Positions 39,620 to 49,125 of a DNA stretch of 64,000 nt are shown in pieces. The notes beneath the pieces are model-generated. The model was not told where the DNA came from, did not search any database, and saw only the letters and a program-made list of their open reading frames with translations. Within the stretch, counting starts at the first letter, position 1; each line of letters starts with the position of its first letter. The position numbers and the translations under genes were made by a program. Source of the DNA: Bradymonadales bacterium (lineage in GTDB: Bacteria; Myxococcota_A; Bradymonadia; JAFGEP01); the NCBI GenBank assembly GCA_016931535.1, contig JAFGEP010000114.1, positions 26,412 through 90,411 on the forward strand, in the 5' to 3' direction.

Positions 39620-40273
39620 TTACAGGCTCTTCTTGGAGAAGTACCAGTCGACGACCTCGTACTCCGGGTGCTTCATGCGTGCCTCGGCATCCTTGGTGGT
39701 GACAGGCGAGGGTACGATGACCTTGTCGCCGGGCCTCCAGTCGGCTGGGCAAGCGACGGCGTTGGCGTCCACCGTCTGCAGGGCGTCCACCGCCCGCAGG
39801 ATCTCGTCGAAGTTCCGGCCCACGTTGAGCGGGTAGTAGATCATGGCACGCAGGCGCCGCTTGGGGTCGATGAAGAAGACGGCCCGGACCGCGGCGGTGC
39901 TGGAGCTGGCCTCGTGCACCATGTGGAAGGCCTTGGAGACCTTCATGTCCAGGTCGGCGATGATGGGGAATTGGATGTCCACATCGAACTTCTCCTTGAT
40001 GTTGCGGACCCAGGCGATGTGGCTATGCACGGAATCGATGGAGTTGCCGAGCAGGGCCACGCCGCGCTTCTCGAACTCCGCGTTCATCTTGGCGAAGGCG
40101 ATGAACTCGGTGGTGCAGACCGGGGTGAAGTCGGCCGGGTGGGAGAACAAGATCACCCACTTGTCCTTGTTCCATTCGGACAGCCTGATCTTGCCATGAG
40201 TGGTGACGGCCTCGAAATCCGGTACCGGTGCATTGAGCTCGAGCAGGGTGTACTCCTCTTTCATGGTCTCCAT
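39620..40273 (-). CDS. Peroxiredoxin (Prx6/AhpC-TSA family)
   Basis: FSHPADFTPVCTTEF, RAVFFIDP, YP.NVGRNFDEILR, PADW; AGGAG RBS. Confidence 0.95.
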   Translation of the reverse strand: METMKEEYTLLELNAPVPDFEAVTTHGKIRLSEWNKDKWVILFSHPADFTPVCTTEFIAFAKMNAEFEKRGVALLGNSIDSVHSHIAWVRNIKEKFDVDIQFPIIADLDMKVSKAFHMVHEASSSTAAVRAVFFIDPKRRLRAMIYYPLNVGRNFDEILRAVDALQTVDANAVACPADWRPGDKVIVPSPVTTKDAEARMKHPEYEVVDWYFSKKSL

Positions 40274-40547
40274 CGTGTCGCTCCTTTTTTGGTGAGTTTG
40301 CCGCTGCGCGCGGCGATTTCGGGTCCTGTCGGTCGATGCTCAGTCACGCAGAGTGCGACAAACGTTACAGCCAGGGCCGGTTCTTTGGACAGCAGGAGGG
40401 CCAGTGAGCCGGCCGGTATCCCCAATTTGCAGGGAGGATACCAGAACTACCGGCCAGGTACAGCATGCTGGTTCCGTCAACGTGGATATCGATGGTGGGG
40501 CGCGACGAAAGCACCTGTTGGGCGGCGAAAACGGCGTTAACTTGAAC

Positions 40548-42920
40548 TCACTGGCCGTAACCGGACAACTGGGAGAAGGCATCGGCCAGCGTCGACCCGA
40601 GCTGGCTCCAGAGGGCCGAGAGACCCTCGAAGTCGATCTCCTCCTCGTGAGGTGAAATGGCTTCGGTGATGGCGTCGATGAGGACGCCGAAGATGTCTCC
40701 GAAGCCTTCGGCCTGTGCGATGGCCTGGGAGAACTCCTCGACCTTTGCCGAAGCCTCGGCGATCATCTCGTCGAGCATGGCGCCGTAGTCCTCGAGCCAC
40801 TCAAGGACACTGTCGACCATACCCAGGACCTCATCCAGGGCCGCAATGATGGTGGTCTTGGCAAAATCGATGGCCTGTTGAAGCTGGTCGCGTACCCATT
40901 GCATGGTCGAGGCAGCCGCATTCTGTGCCGTGTCCGACACCCATTCGGCGGCGTTTGCCAGCCAGCTATCGCCATAGTCGGACGGCTGCGGATCGGGAAT
41001 GTTGGGCAGGGTGAGGCCCAAGATGGTGTTCTTGGCCGAATCCATCCCCTCCTTGGCTCCCTCGTTGGCCTCCTTGGCCTGCTGGATGAGCTCCTGGAAT
41101 CGAGCGAATCCTGCGAGCTCCTCGCTGAACTGCTGGACACCCTCGGCGAGCTTGTTCTTCAGCCAGGTGAAGGGTTCCTCGCCTTCGGTCACCTCCATGA
41201 TCATCGACTGGATCCCTTCTCGGGCAGCATCGATGGTGCCGCTGATGCCATCGACGATCGTCTGGCCAATGCCGTACACTTCCTGGACGATGCTGAGCTC
41301 TTCCCCGACCTGGGCGGCCCCTTCGGGCAGGACCACCTCTGTTGGGCTGGCTGGTTCATCGGCAGTTTGTACGGCCTTGCGACTGATCGGCCCCGTGTAC
41401 TCCCTGCCCTCTGAGCTTGCTCCCAGGCCTCCGAACCATATGGTCAGGTTCTGAAGAATGAAGGCGTCTGCCGCTTTGGCGAACTCTTTTGCCGCTTTGG
41501 CGCCGCCCTTGGCCCCCAGGAAGAACGTTCTCAGGGTCTCGGCGTTGGAGAACCCACCGGTGCACAGGTCGAAGATGTTGACCAACGCTCCGATGGTGTC
41601 GGCGACCGCGTTACAGATGAAGTTGTTGCGGATGTTCATGAGATCCGCGTACTCGGCGGATTCGGTCGGGAAATTGGCGGCCAGCTTCTGGGCCTCCAGC
41701 GCAACGCTGATGTCAATTCCAATCGTGACGCCGCTGAGCACGCTCTGGACGATGTCCAGAACCTCGGATATCCCAGCAGTCAGAGGGGTGAACTCGACGG
41801 TGACGACGGCCACCGTGATTCCATCCTGGACGAGCTGGTCGACGTATTGAACATGCCCGATGATGTTGTTCAGGCCGTTCACTAACGTTCGCGCGATGAT
41901 CAGGGCCTCGATCGGCCCGGCTCCCTGGACCTTTCGAAGTGTTTCCAGGTACTGCCCCATCTCGATGCCATCAGCCACCGCGCCGGCGTACATCCCATAG
42001 CCGGGAACGAGTCGGCCAACTTCCAACACAGCACGCGCGACGTTGCTCTCGACGCCGCTGAAGAAGGAGTGCCAGTCGTATGCCTGGGGAGATACCCCGG
42101 CGGAGGTCACCGAGGTCTCCACCGCATACTCCTGGCCCTGTGCCACGGCGGCGCCAGCCTTGTCTGCCTCGACCTCGTGACGCCTCGCAGGTGGACCCCC
42201 TGAATCCTTGGCTTGAACGGCGCCGGTGTGCTTGGCTCCCTCTTCCTTGGCTTGAACCCGGTCGCCCTTGGCCTGTGCCGTGTCTCTCTTGGCCTGTACC
42301 GTTTCCTTCTTGGCCTGTGCCGTGTCTTTCTTGGTCTGTGCCGTGTTTTTCTTGGTCTGTGCCGTGTTTTTCTTGGTCTGTGCCGTGTCGCTGTCGGCTT
42401 GTGCCGTGTTTCTCTTGGTCTGTGCCGTGTCGCTGTCGGCTTGTGCCGTGTCTTTCTTGGTCTGTGCCGTGTCGCTGTCGGCTTGTGCCGTGTCTTTCTT
42501 GGTCTGCTTGGCTTGAACCGACGGACCTGCAGAACCCTGCTGAATCACGTGAGCCAGCTCGTGCCCCATCAGCTCGACGTCGGTTGGGCTGGCCTGGGCG
42601 GCGACGTGAATGTCGCTGCCCATGGTGACGGCCTTGGCCTGATAGGACTCGGCGACGCCATCGCCGTGATGTACGCGAACCCCGGAGAAATCGGCATGCA
42701 GAGAGTTCTCGGCCTTGGCCTGAACCGCCGAGTCCAAGGATTGCGAGGTGCCTGAGGCCTTTGGCGGTGGTACCGGCACATCCGGTTTCAACATGGCGGC
42801 CTGTTTATGGGGTGGCAAGTTGGCAAGATCCCGCTTGAACTGCGTTGTTTGAGGACGATCGGTGGTCTTTCGCTGGGCTGTGCGGGTGTGCTCGACTGAT
42901 TTGCTCTTTGACTGGTGCAT
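40548..42920 (-). CDS. DUF4157 (eCIS core domain) protein with internal 7-aa repeats and a helical, hydrophobic/acidic C-terminal region
   Basis: ADFSGVRVH, AKAVTMGSDI, LMGHELAHVIQQ, EVEAD; start placed at ATG 42920 (MHQSK). Confidence 0.85.
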   Translation of the reverse strand: MHQSKSKSVEHTRTAQRKTTDRPQTTQFKRDLANLPPHKQAAMLKPDVPVPPPKASGTSQSLDSAVQAKAENSLHADFSGVRVHHGDGVAESYQAKAVTMGSDIHVAAQASPTDVELMGHELAHVIQQGSAGPSVQAKQTKKDTAQADSDTAQTKKDTAQADSDTAQTKRNTAQADSDTAQTKKNTAQTKKNTAQTKKDTAQAKKETVQAKRDTAQAKGDRVQAKEEGAKHTGAVQAKDSGGPPARRHEVEADKAGAAVAQGQEYAVETSVTSAGVSPQAYDWHSFFSGVESNVARAVLEVGRLVPGYGMYAGAVADGIEMGQYLETLRKVQGAGPIEALIIARTLVNGLNNIIGHVQYVDQLVQDGITVAVVTVEFTPLTAGISEVLDIVQSVLSGVTIGIDISVALEAQKLAANFPTESAEYADLMNIRNNFICNAVADTIGALVNIFDLCTGGFSNAETLRTFFLGAKGGAKAAKEFAKAADAFILQNLTIWFGGLGASSEGREYTGPISRKAVQTADEPASPTEVVLPEGAAQVGEELSIVQEVYGIGQTIVDGISGTIDAAREGIQSMIMEVTEGEEPFTWLKNKLAEGVQQFSEELAGFARFQELIQQAKEANEGAKEGMDSAKNTILGLTLPNIPDPQPSDYGDSWLANAAEWVSDTAQNAAASTMQWVRDQLQQAIDFAKTTIIAALDEVLGMVDSVLEWLEDYGAMLDEMIAEASAKVEEFSQAIAQAEGFGDIFGVLIDAITEAISPHEEEIDFEGLSALWSQLGSTLADAFSQLSGYGQ
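42210..42519 (-). repeat. 21-bp coding tandem repeat (about 13 units of TAQTKKD / TAQADSD / VQAK)
   Basis: Recurring TGTGCCGTGT.T.TCTTGG units on the + strand inside the DUF4157 gene. Confidence 0.92.
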
Positions 42921-43181
42921 CTTCAACTTCCGGCTGTTGACTGACCCTAAACGCCTATAAACGTAAGGTTGACTTGTCTGCTGACAATCCCGATTTGTGC
43001 GGTTTTTTTGATCGGTTGCGGTGAGCTGCTGGCAGTTGGAAGGTAAACCAGCTAACATTCAGACAGGTGGCTGTCGAGGAGGGGAAAGGCTGGGTAAAAC
43101 ACAGGGTGGGCTCAACGGAACTTTCTTCTATTTCTGTATTCTTCTTGTCGGGAATTGTGGTAATCCAAGGGGGAGCGGCAG

Positions 43182-45341
43182 ATGACGACAGCTCAATCGT
43201 TGGATGGCCAGGGCGCCCTTCGGTTCGAAAACAATCGAGAGTATATATCCTGGGAGTTCGGCAGGCTTCGGCGGCAGATGGAGGCCTACATTCGCCTCCA
43301 AAATGACCACAGTTTTGCCGATGAGTACTATGATCTTCTGGGGCGTCTGGCAGTCGAGCGACAGGTTGCCGTTCAGGCTCGGAGGGAAGCGGTGTCTCGA
43401 GGGGTATCGATTCCCTTCGAGCAGTTGTCCCGTCGTTTTCACTTGACCGGCGAGGATGAAGAGATCCTCCTGTTCTGTTTGACACCCCAGCACAGTCACA
43501 CGGTCTGGAACGTGCTCGTCGCTGCTCAGGGCAACCTGCTGAAACCCTACCTGGAGGTCGGTTTCGTTGCTGAGCGGGTGAGACCTGCAGCCGACCTGGT
43601 GACCGACAGGCCGTGGTACAAGCCCAACTCGGCTCTGGTAAGGAACGGCCTCATCATGATCGAGGCTCCAGAGGACGGAAGCTCGGCGGGTATATTGTGC
43701 CATTCGGTCCGCGTTCCCTACTTCGTGGCGTCCATCATCATGGGTCGGGATTCCCTGGAGAACCGCTTGACGGATTTCTGCGAGTTGACCTCTCCCACTA
43801 CGGAGCCCTTCGAGGTAGTGCTTCCCGAACAGACTCGACAAACGGTCGACGGGTTCATCAAGTCCTTCTACCGCGGCCAGATCCCACTCGAACTGGAGCA
43901 GAAACCGCGTACCATACTCATCAACGGGCCGGCTCAGTGTGGCAAGACGACGCTGGCCAGGTCTTTGGCCTGGGCCTTCCGTCGTCCTCAGCTCACGGTA
44001 TACCTCGATCGGCTTCCCAAGCAGTCTGATGGCGCACAGATGCTCCAGCTTGCTTTTCACAATGCGCGGCTCCTGGGGGCCATTCTGCACATGAACCGCC
44101 CGGAACAGCTCTTGGAGATCGACCCTCAGCTGATCGGTTGTCTGTGTAATTTCGTGGACCAATATCAAGGATTGGTAGTGTTCGAGTCACAGCAGCCGGA
44201 GAAATTGGGTGTTCTGCTCAAACTGGTCGATCTTGTGATACACCTCGATTATCCCGAATTTGAGGAGCGGGAGCAGCTGTGGGAGTCGCTCATTCCGCCA
44301 GATGTCCAGCTGGCCCGTTCACCCGGGCTCAAGGAGTTGGCGAGTGTGTATGAGCTGACGGGTGGCCAGATCAAGCGGGCCATCGAGTGGGCGAAGCAGC
44401 TCGCTGACGCCCGGGATGACCAGCAGGTCTACCATGACGACTTGCTGGCGGGAGCCCAGAGCCAACTGAGATCGCGGATCGGTGATTTCGCCGTGCCGAG
44501 CAAGGCGAGGCTCACCTTGGACGACCTGGTGCTTCCCCAGGGTTCGCTGGATCTCGTCAAGGAGTTGCTGCAAGCGTGCAGATATAATCAAAAGGTCATG
44601 AGCGAGTGGGGATTCAGCAAGCGTTTGGTGACCGGGCGGGGTCTGGTGGCCTTGTTCACTGGAGATCCGGGTACGGGAAAGACACTGTGTGCTGAAATTC
44701 TTGCCCAGGAATTGGGATTATCACTTCACATCGTGAGTATCCCCAAGATCGTGAGCAAATGGGTGGGGGAGACCGAGCAGCACATCCGCGAGGTGTTTCA
44801 GCAAGCCAGGGCACAGAATTCCATGCTGCTTTTCGACGAGGCCGACTCCCTTTTCAGCAAGCGGGTGCAGGTGGAGCGTTCTCAGGACCACTACTTGAAC
44901 ATGGAGGTCAACATGTTCCTCCAGGAGATCGAGCGGTTCGAAGGCATCACCTTGCTCACCACCAACCTGGAGACCAACATCGACCGCGCCTTTCAAAGGC
45001 GGATCCTCTTCAAGATCGAGTTCCTCATGCCCGGCCAGAAGGAGCGAGAGAAAATCTGGCGGAGACTCATTCCCCAGGAAACACCTCTGGAACAGGGCAT
45101 TGACTTCGAGTTTCTCGCTGAAGCGTTCGAGCTTTCGGGTGGTCAGATCAAGAATGCCATTATCCGTGCTGCCTACCAAAGCTGCGGTGATGGCGGTGTG
45201 GTATCTCAGGGGCACCTGGAGAAAGCTGCACAACAGCAAGCGAGAGCCGACGGAAAGCTGACTCGGAGCATGGAAACCATGAAAAAGGAAAGAGATGCAA
45301 AACGGGCTGGCAAGGACCTCCACCCCACAAGCAGTAAATGA
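43182..45341 (+). CDS. Afp15/Pvc15-like AAA+ ATPase (N-terminal domain plus two AAA modules)
   Basis: L.RRF.L...DEEILL N-domain; GPAQCGKT; LFTGDPGTGKT, VSKWVGETE, LLFDEADSLFSKR, N.EVN..LQ.IE.FEG...LTTN...NID.AF.RR, FELSGGQIKN. Confidence 0.85.
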   Translation: MTTAQSLDGQGALRFENNREYISWEFGRLRRQMEAYIRLQNDHSFADEYYDLLGRLAVERQVAVQARREAVSRGVSIPFEQLSRRFHLTGEDEEILLFCLTPQHSHTVWNVLVAAQGNLLKPYLEVGFVAERVRPAADLVTDRPWYKPNSALVRNGLIMIEAPEDGSSAGILCHSVRVPYFVASIIMGRDSLENRLTDFCELTSPTTEPFEVVLPEQTRQTVDGFIKSFYRGQIPLELEQKPRTILINGPAQCGKTTLARSLAWAFRRPQLTVYLDRLPKQSDGAQMLQLAFHNARLLGAILHMNRPEQLLEIDPQLIGCLCNFVDQYQGLVVFESQQPEKLGVLLKLVDLVIHLDYPEFEEREQLWESLIPPDVQLARSPGLKELASVYELTGGQIKRAIEWAKQLADARDDQQVYHDDLLAGAQSQLRSRIGDFAVPSKARLTLDDLVLPQGSLDLVKELLQACRYNQKVMSEWGFSKRLVTGRGLVALFTGDPGTGKTLCAEILAQELGLSLHIVSIPKIVSKWVGETEQHIREVFQQARAQNSMLLFDEADSLFSKRVQVERSQDHYLNMEVNMFLQEIERFEGITLLTTNLETNIDRAFQRRILFKIEFLMPGQKEREKIWRRLIPQETPLEQGIDFEFLAEAFELSGGQIKNAIIRAAYQSCGDGGVVSQGHLEKAAQQQARADGKLTRSMETMKKERDAKRAGKDLHPTSSK

Positions 45342-45433
45342 GGCTCAATGAATGATCGGGTAAATCGTGCAGGTTCCGCTTTTCGTGGTCAGCCTGTCTG
45401 CTCTTTTTCGAAGCGTTGCTATCAGCTGGCGCT

Positions 45434-47893
45434 TCACGAGTGGGGAGTCAGCTCCAGGCGAACCTGCCGGAAATCGCCCACGACCAGGCGGTTTTCCCGC
45501 ACTTCGGCTGGAGCGCCGTCCACGACAGCGCTCTTCAGCTCGGCGCCGTGGAGGACCACCTGGGCATTGGAGTGGTCGGGGTCGAACTCACCTCGGCTGG
45601 AACGCTCGAGCAGCAGCGTGTCGCCCTGGCGCATAAGCTGGAAGCGATCGAGCCGGAACGGGCCGTACCCGTCGCCGGCGTCGCGGTAGAGCGATCCCGA
45701 TTCCTGGGCGGAAGGCTCACCGGTTGCGCCGACCGGTACCCCCTCCTGCGCATGGTTGCTCGATTCGTTGCCCTCAGGAAGCGGTGCATAGAGGTGCAGA
45801 ACCAGGCGATCCGCTTTTTCGGTGGGGAGAACCGCGCCGCTTCGGACGAAAAGGCCGATCCGCTCCAGCGGGGTATCCACCTGATGGGGGCCGGGGCCAG
45901 AGAGTAGGCGGTCGTTCCAGAAGCTGTACCAATCGCCGTTCGGGAAGAGCACCTGCCGGCGCTGGCAGCCGGGTTGGAGGACCGGGGCGACGAGCAGCGA
46001 GGGCCCCAGCAAGAAGGTATCGTCGATGGTCCAGTGCTGCGGCGACTCGGGTTGCTCCCAGAACAGGGGGCGCACCAGCGGGTGGCCGGTCTGGCTGGCC
46101 TGGTAGGCCAGGGTGTAGAGGTAGGGGAGCAACCGGTAGCGAAGAGACAGAAACTCTCGGAGGATGGCCTGGGTGGCGGTGCTGTGGCACCAGGGCTCGC
46201 GATGGGCGGTGAAGCCGGCCGAATGGACACGAAAGAACGGTAGCAATGCGGCCAGCTGGAACCAGCGCACGAACAGCTCCTCGTCGGGGTTTCCGCTGAA
46301 CCCTCCGATATCGGGCCCGCTGTAGGGTACACCCGACAACCCCATCGACAGGGCGATGCGGAGGGACTGAGCCAGACTCCACCAGTTGGTCTCGCAATCG
46401 CCGGTCCAGGTCCAGGCATAGCGCTGCAGGCCGGCCCAGCCCGACCGGGTCAAAAGCCAGGGCCGCCGGTCGGGTCGCAACCGCTGCAAAGCCTGGAACG
46501 CGGACTGGCATTCCAGCTGGCCGTAGAGATTGTGGGCCTCCAGGTGATCTCCCCCTCTTTTCTCCAGGTCATGGCGAGTCACGGTAGGCAGAGTGGTGGC
46601 GCCCCAGGCGGTGAAGGCGGCCGGCTCGTTCATGTCGTGCCAGAAGCCGTGGGCGCCCTGCTCCAGGAGAAACTCGTACTGCTCGCCCCACCAGTCTCGC
46701 ACCTCGGGGTCGGTGAAGTCGGGGAACAGGCAGTTACCGGGCCAGACCGGCGCCACCACCGGCTCGCCGCCGGGCAGCTTGCAGAAGGTGCCGCGGGCTA
46801 TACCGTCCTGGTAGAGGTCGTAGGCGGGATCCCGCTTCACCCCCGGGTCGAGGATCACGACCGTGTGGATGCCCTTGGCGGCCAGCTCGGCGGTCAGTCC
46901 AGGCAGGTCGGGGAAGCGCTGGCCATCCACCGTGAACACCCGGTAGCCGTCCATGTAATGGATGTCGAGGTGCACGGCGCTCAGTGGCAGCCGGTGGTCC
47001 GAAAATCCCTGCACCAGGTCTCTGACCTCCCCCTCGTCTCGATAGCTCCAGCGAGACTGGTGGAACCCCAGCGCCCATCGGGGGGGCAACGGCGGCCGTC
47101 CGGTGAGCTCGCCATAGCACTCCAGCAGGCGCGCCGGGGGGCCGACCGCCAGGTAGTATCGCAGAGCGCCGCCCTCGAACGAGGCGTGGACTTCGTCGCT
47201 GAAGGAGATGGTGGCATCGAACGGGTTCTCGAAGAAGGTGAGGTGGCTCCCCCCGGGATGGATGGCCAGGTAGACGGGGATGCCGATGTAGAGGGGGTCG
47301 TCGCCGGGTCCATACTGTCCCTTGGGCTCCCGGTTCCACATCCGGAATCGGCCGCCTTTCAGGTCGAGTGGTGCCGTGCGTTCACCCAGCCCGAAGTAGT
47401 GGTCGTCGGGATTGGCCTCAAAGCGGGCCAGCCAGCGGCCGCCGGTGTGTTTCGGGGGGAGATCGTGGCGGAGCAGGGATCCCTCGGGTCGGATCCAACG
47501 CAAGGATCCATCGGTGCCGAGCTGCAGGGTGATCTCTGCGGTATCCAGTCTCCAGCCATCGGGGGTCTCGGTTGTCTTTACCGGCACATCCGCCCACTCT
47601 GTTCTCTGGATGGCGTAGGGGATGGGGAGAGATCCCGGTTGCCAGGTGATCCGGACGAAATCTGGTGCCAGAAAGCGGATCTCCAGCTCGGACTCGGCAT
47701 AGTGGCAGCGAAGGCCGCTGGATTCAGGCGTCAGGCTGATAAGCGGTCCGGGCTCCGATGAGGGGGCAGGCCGCGGCTTGTTTCGACCGGCCCGCCGTTC
47801 CAGGGCGCCCAGTCGGATGGTGTACCTCAGGGCGGCGACCAGGTTGCTCCACCCGATGTAGCTCAGCCCTCTGATCTTGGAGAGAAGGTCCAT
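45434..47893 (-). CDS. Glycoside hydrolase family 31 alpha-glucosidase
   Basis: PPRWALGFHQSRWSY, LDIHYMDG, GFWHDMNEP, WTGD, GPDIGGF, PFFRVHS. Confidence 0.95.
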   Translation of the reverse strand: MDLLSKIRGLSYIGWSNLVAALRYTIRLGALERRAGRNKPRPAPSSEPGPLISLTPESSGLRCHYAESELEIRFLAPDFVRITWQPGSLPIPYAIQRTEWADVPVKTTETPDGWRLDTAEITLQLGTDGSLRWIRPEGSLLRHDLPPKHTGGRWLARFEANPDDHYFGLGERTAPLDLKGGRFRMWNREPKGQYGPGDDPLYIGIPVYLAIHPGGSHLTFFENPFDATISFSDEVHASFEGGALRYYLAVGPPARLLECYGELTGRPPLPPRWALGFHQSRWSYRDEGEVRDLVQGFSDHRLPLSAVHLDIHYMDGYRVFTVDGQRFPDLPGLTAELAAKGIHTVVILDPGVKRDPAYDLYQDGIARGTFCKLPGGEPVVAPVWPGNCLFPDFTDPEVRDWWGEQYEFLLEQGAHGFWHDMNEPAAFTAWGATTLPTVTRHDLEKRGGDHLEAHNLYGQLECQSAFQALQRLRPDRRPWLLTRSGWAGLQRYAWTWTGDCETNWWSLAQSLRIALSMGLSGVPYSGPDIGGFSGNPDEELFVRWFQLAALLPFFRVHSAGFTAHREPWCHSTATQAILREFLSLRYRLLPYLYTLAYQASQTGHPLVRPLFWEQPESPQHWTIDDTFLLGPSLLVAPVLQPGCQRRQVLFPNGDWYSFWNDRLLSGPGPHQVDTPLERIGLFVRSGAVLPTEKADRLVLHLYAPLPEGNESSNHAQEGVPVGATGEPSAQESGSLYRDAGDGYGPFRLDRFQLMRQGDTLLLERSSRGEFDPDHSNAQVVLHGAELKSAVVDGAPAEVRENRLVVGDFRQVRLELTPHS

Positions 47894-48087
47894 GGGACAT
47901 CTCGCTTTGGCGGAAAGGGTCCAAGGATAGCAGGATAGACGCCGGGGGCCACGCTCCCAACCCCGCGCCGATCACCCCACCCGCTGTGGCTCGCCATCTC
48001 GATCCGGAAGAGCAGCTCCATGGGGAACCTCGCGAAAAAGACAGCGCGGTGGGATGTCGGATCACCAACGCCTTGAGCCCCGGCTGG

Positions 48088-48894
48088 CTACTGGGAGGTC
48101 AGCGTGACCCGGGTGGCGGTGTAGGTTCCGATAAAATGCCAGGCGTCTTCCCTCCCGTCCTCATCGGTGTCCAGGTCCATCGGGATCTGCATGGTGTTGA
48201 AGAAGGTGACGAAGTCGCTGCCCATGATGGAGATCTGAGCGGCGTCCTCGGCAGTCAGGGCACCGTCCAGGACCCCCTCGGCGATGGCCGATCCGTCGGC
48301 CTCGAACCACCCAGACAGATGAAGGAACTTGATGGGCAAGGTGGGCGGGTCCAGCAGGTCGTTGGGGAACACCAGCGAGGCGGGTTCGATCGTATGGAAG
48401 TAGCGCCCCGACAGGTTGCACCCCAGCTCGCTCGTCTCGTCCGAGAAGGAGTAGGACTCGCCCGAGGCCTCCCCGGAGCCGATCACCAGGCCAAGCTCGC
48501 CATTGGTGCGGTTGTCTTCGCTCACCTGGATCAAGACGTTGAGCAGTCCGTCACCGATCTGCTCGGAAAAGTAGCTGTTGAGGCTATCTCCCATGAACCC
48601 CGTGAGGGGGGCGGTGAGGATCAAGCTGTCGAAGCGGTATCCCATCGAGGTCAGGTCATCGGCGGTCATCTGGCCGTAGTCGGCCTGCTGGCTGTCGCCC
48701 GTGCCGGCATCGCACGACGGGCAGGGGCCGCAGTCCACGATCACGACGGGGGTGTTGGGCCGGAGTGGGTCGCCGGGCAGTGCGGATTGACCCATTCCGG
48801 TGTACTGCTCGTCGATCCCGCATACCGACAACAACATGGCCAGGAGCAAGGATCCTGCCACAAGCAGGGCCACAGGAAAAAGCCGGTGGTGCAT
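48088..48894 (-). CDS. Hypothetical secreted protein or lipoprotein, acidic
   Basis: GGAG RBS, hydrophobic N-terminus ending LSVC, DLDTDEDG Ca-binding-like loop. Confidence 0.7.
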   Translation of the reverse strand: MHHRLFPVALLVAGSLLLAMLLSVCGIDEQYTGMGQSALPGDPLRPNTPVVIVDCGPCPSCDAGTGDSQQADYGQMTADDLTSMGYRFDSLILTAPLTGFMGDSLNSYFSEQIGDGLLNVLIQVSEDNRTNGELGLVIGSGEASGESYSFSDETSELGCNLSGRYFHTIEPASLVFPNDLLDPPTLPIKFLHLSGWFEADGSAIAEGVLDGALTAEDAAQISIMGSDFVTFFNTMQIPMDLDTDEDGREDAWHFIGTYTATRVTLTSQ

Positions 48895-49074
48895 CGCGGT
48901 TCTCCCCTCGGGTTGCGACCGGAGATAGGGACACTCAACCAGGGGTTTGGGCGCAAGTCAACGGTCTGTTGTCGAGGGAAGGGTGATAGGGCGCCTTTGG
49001 GGGCATCCCGCCCAGCATTTCGCGAATATTGGAAATTTTACACCATTGCGTTTGACAAACTAATCCTTATCATT

Positions 49075-49108
49075 AAACAAACTGCCGAGTATATACGGCA
49101 TATTGTTT
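49075..49108. promoter_or_regulatory. Imperfect palindrome (candidate operator) in the AT-rich promoter of the DUF4157 gene
   Basis: AAACAA-ac-TGCCG-agtatata-CGGCA-ta-TTGTTT; TTGACA at 49052-49057. Confidence 0.55.
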
Positions 49109-49125
49109 TATAAAAGACGAGGTTC

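Noticed and set aside
42213..42755. ORFs with LGLCRV, CAVS or SVPC repeats
   Set aside because: Antisense readings of the 21-bp coding repeat in the DUF4157 gene; also not CRISPR because there are no spacers
42921..43058. Upstream 46-codon extension of the DUF4157 ORF given in the track
   Set aside because: Runs through the AT-richer divergent promoter region; ATG 42920 puts the shared motif at residue 32, as in the 1408-2526 protein
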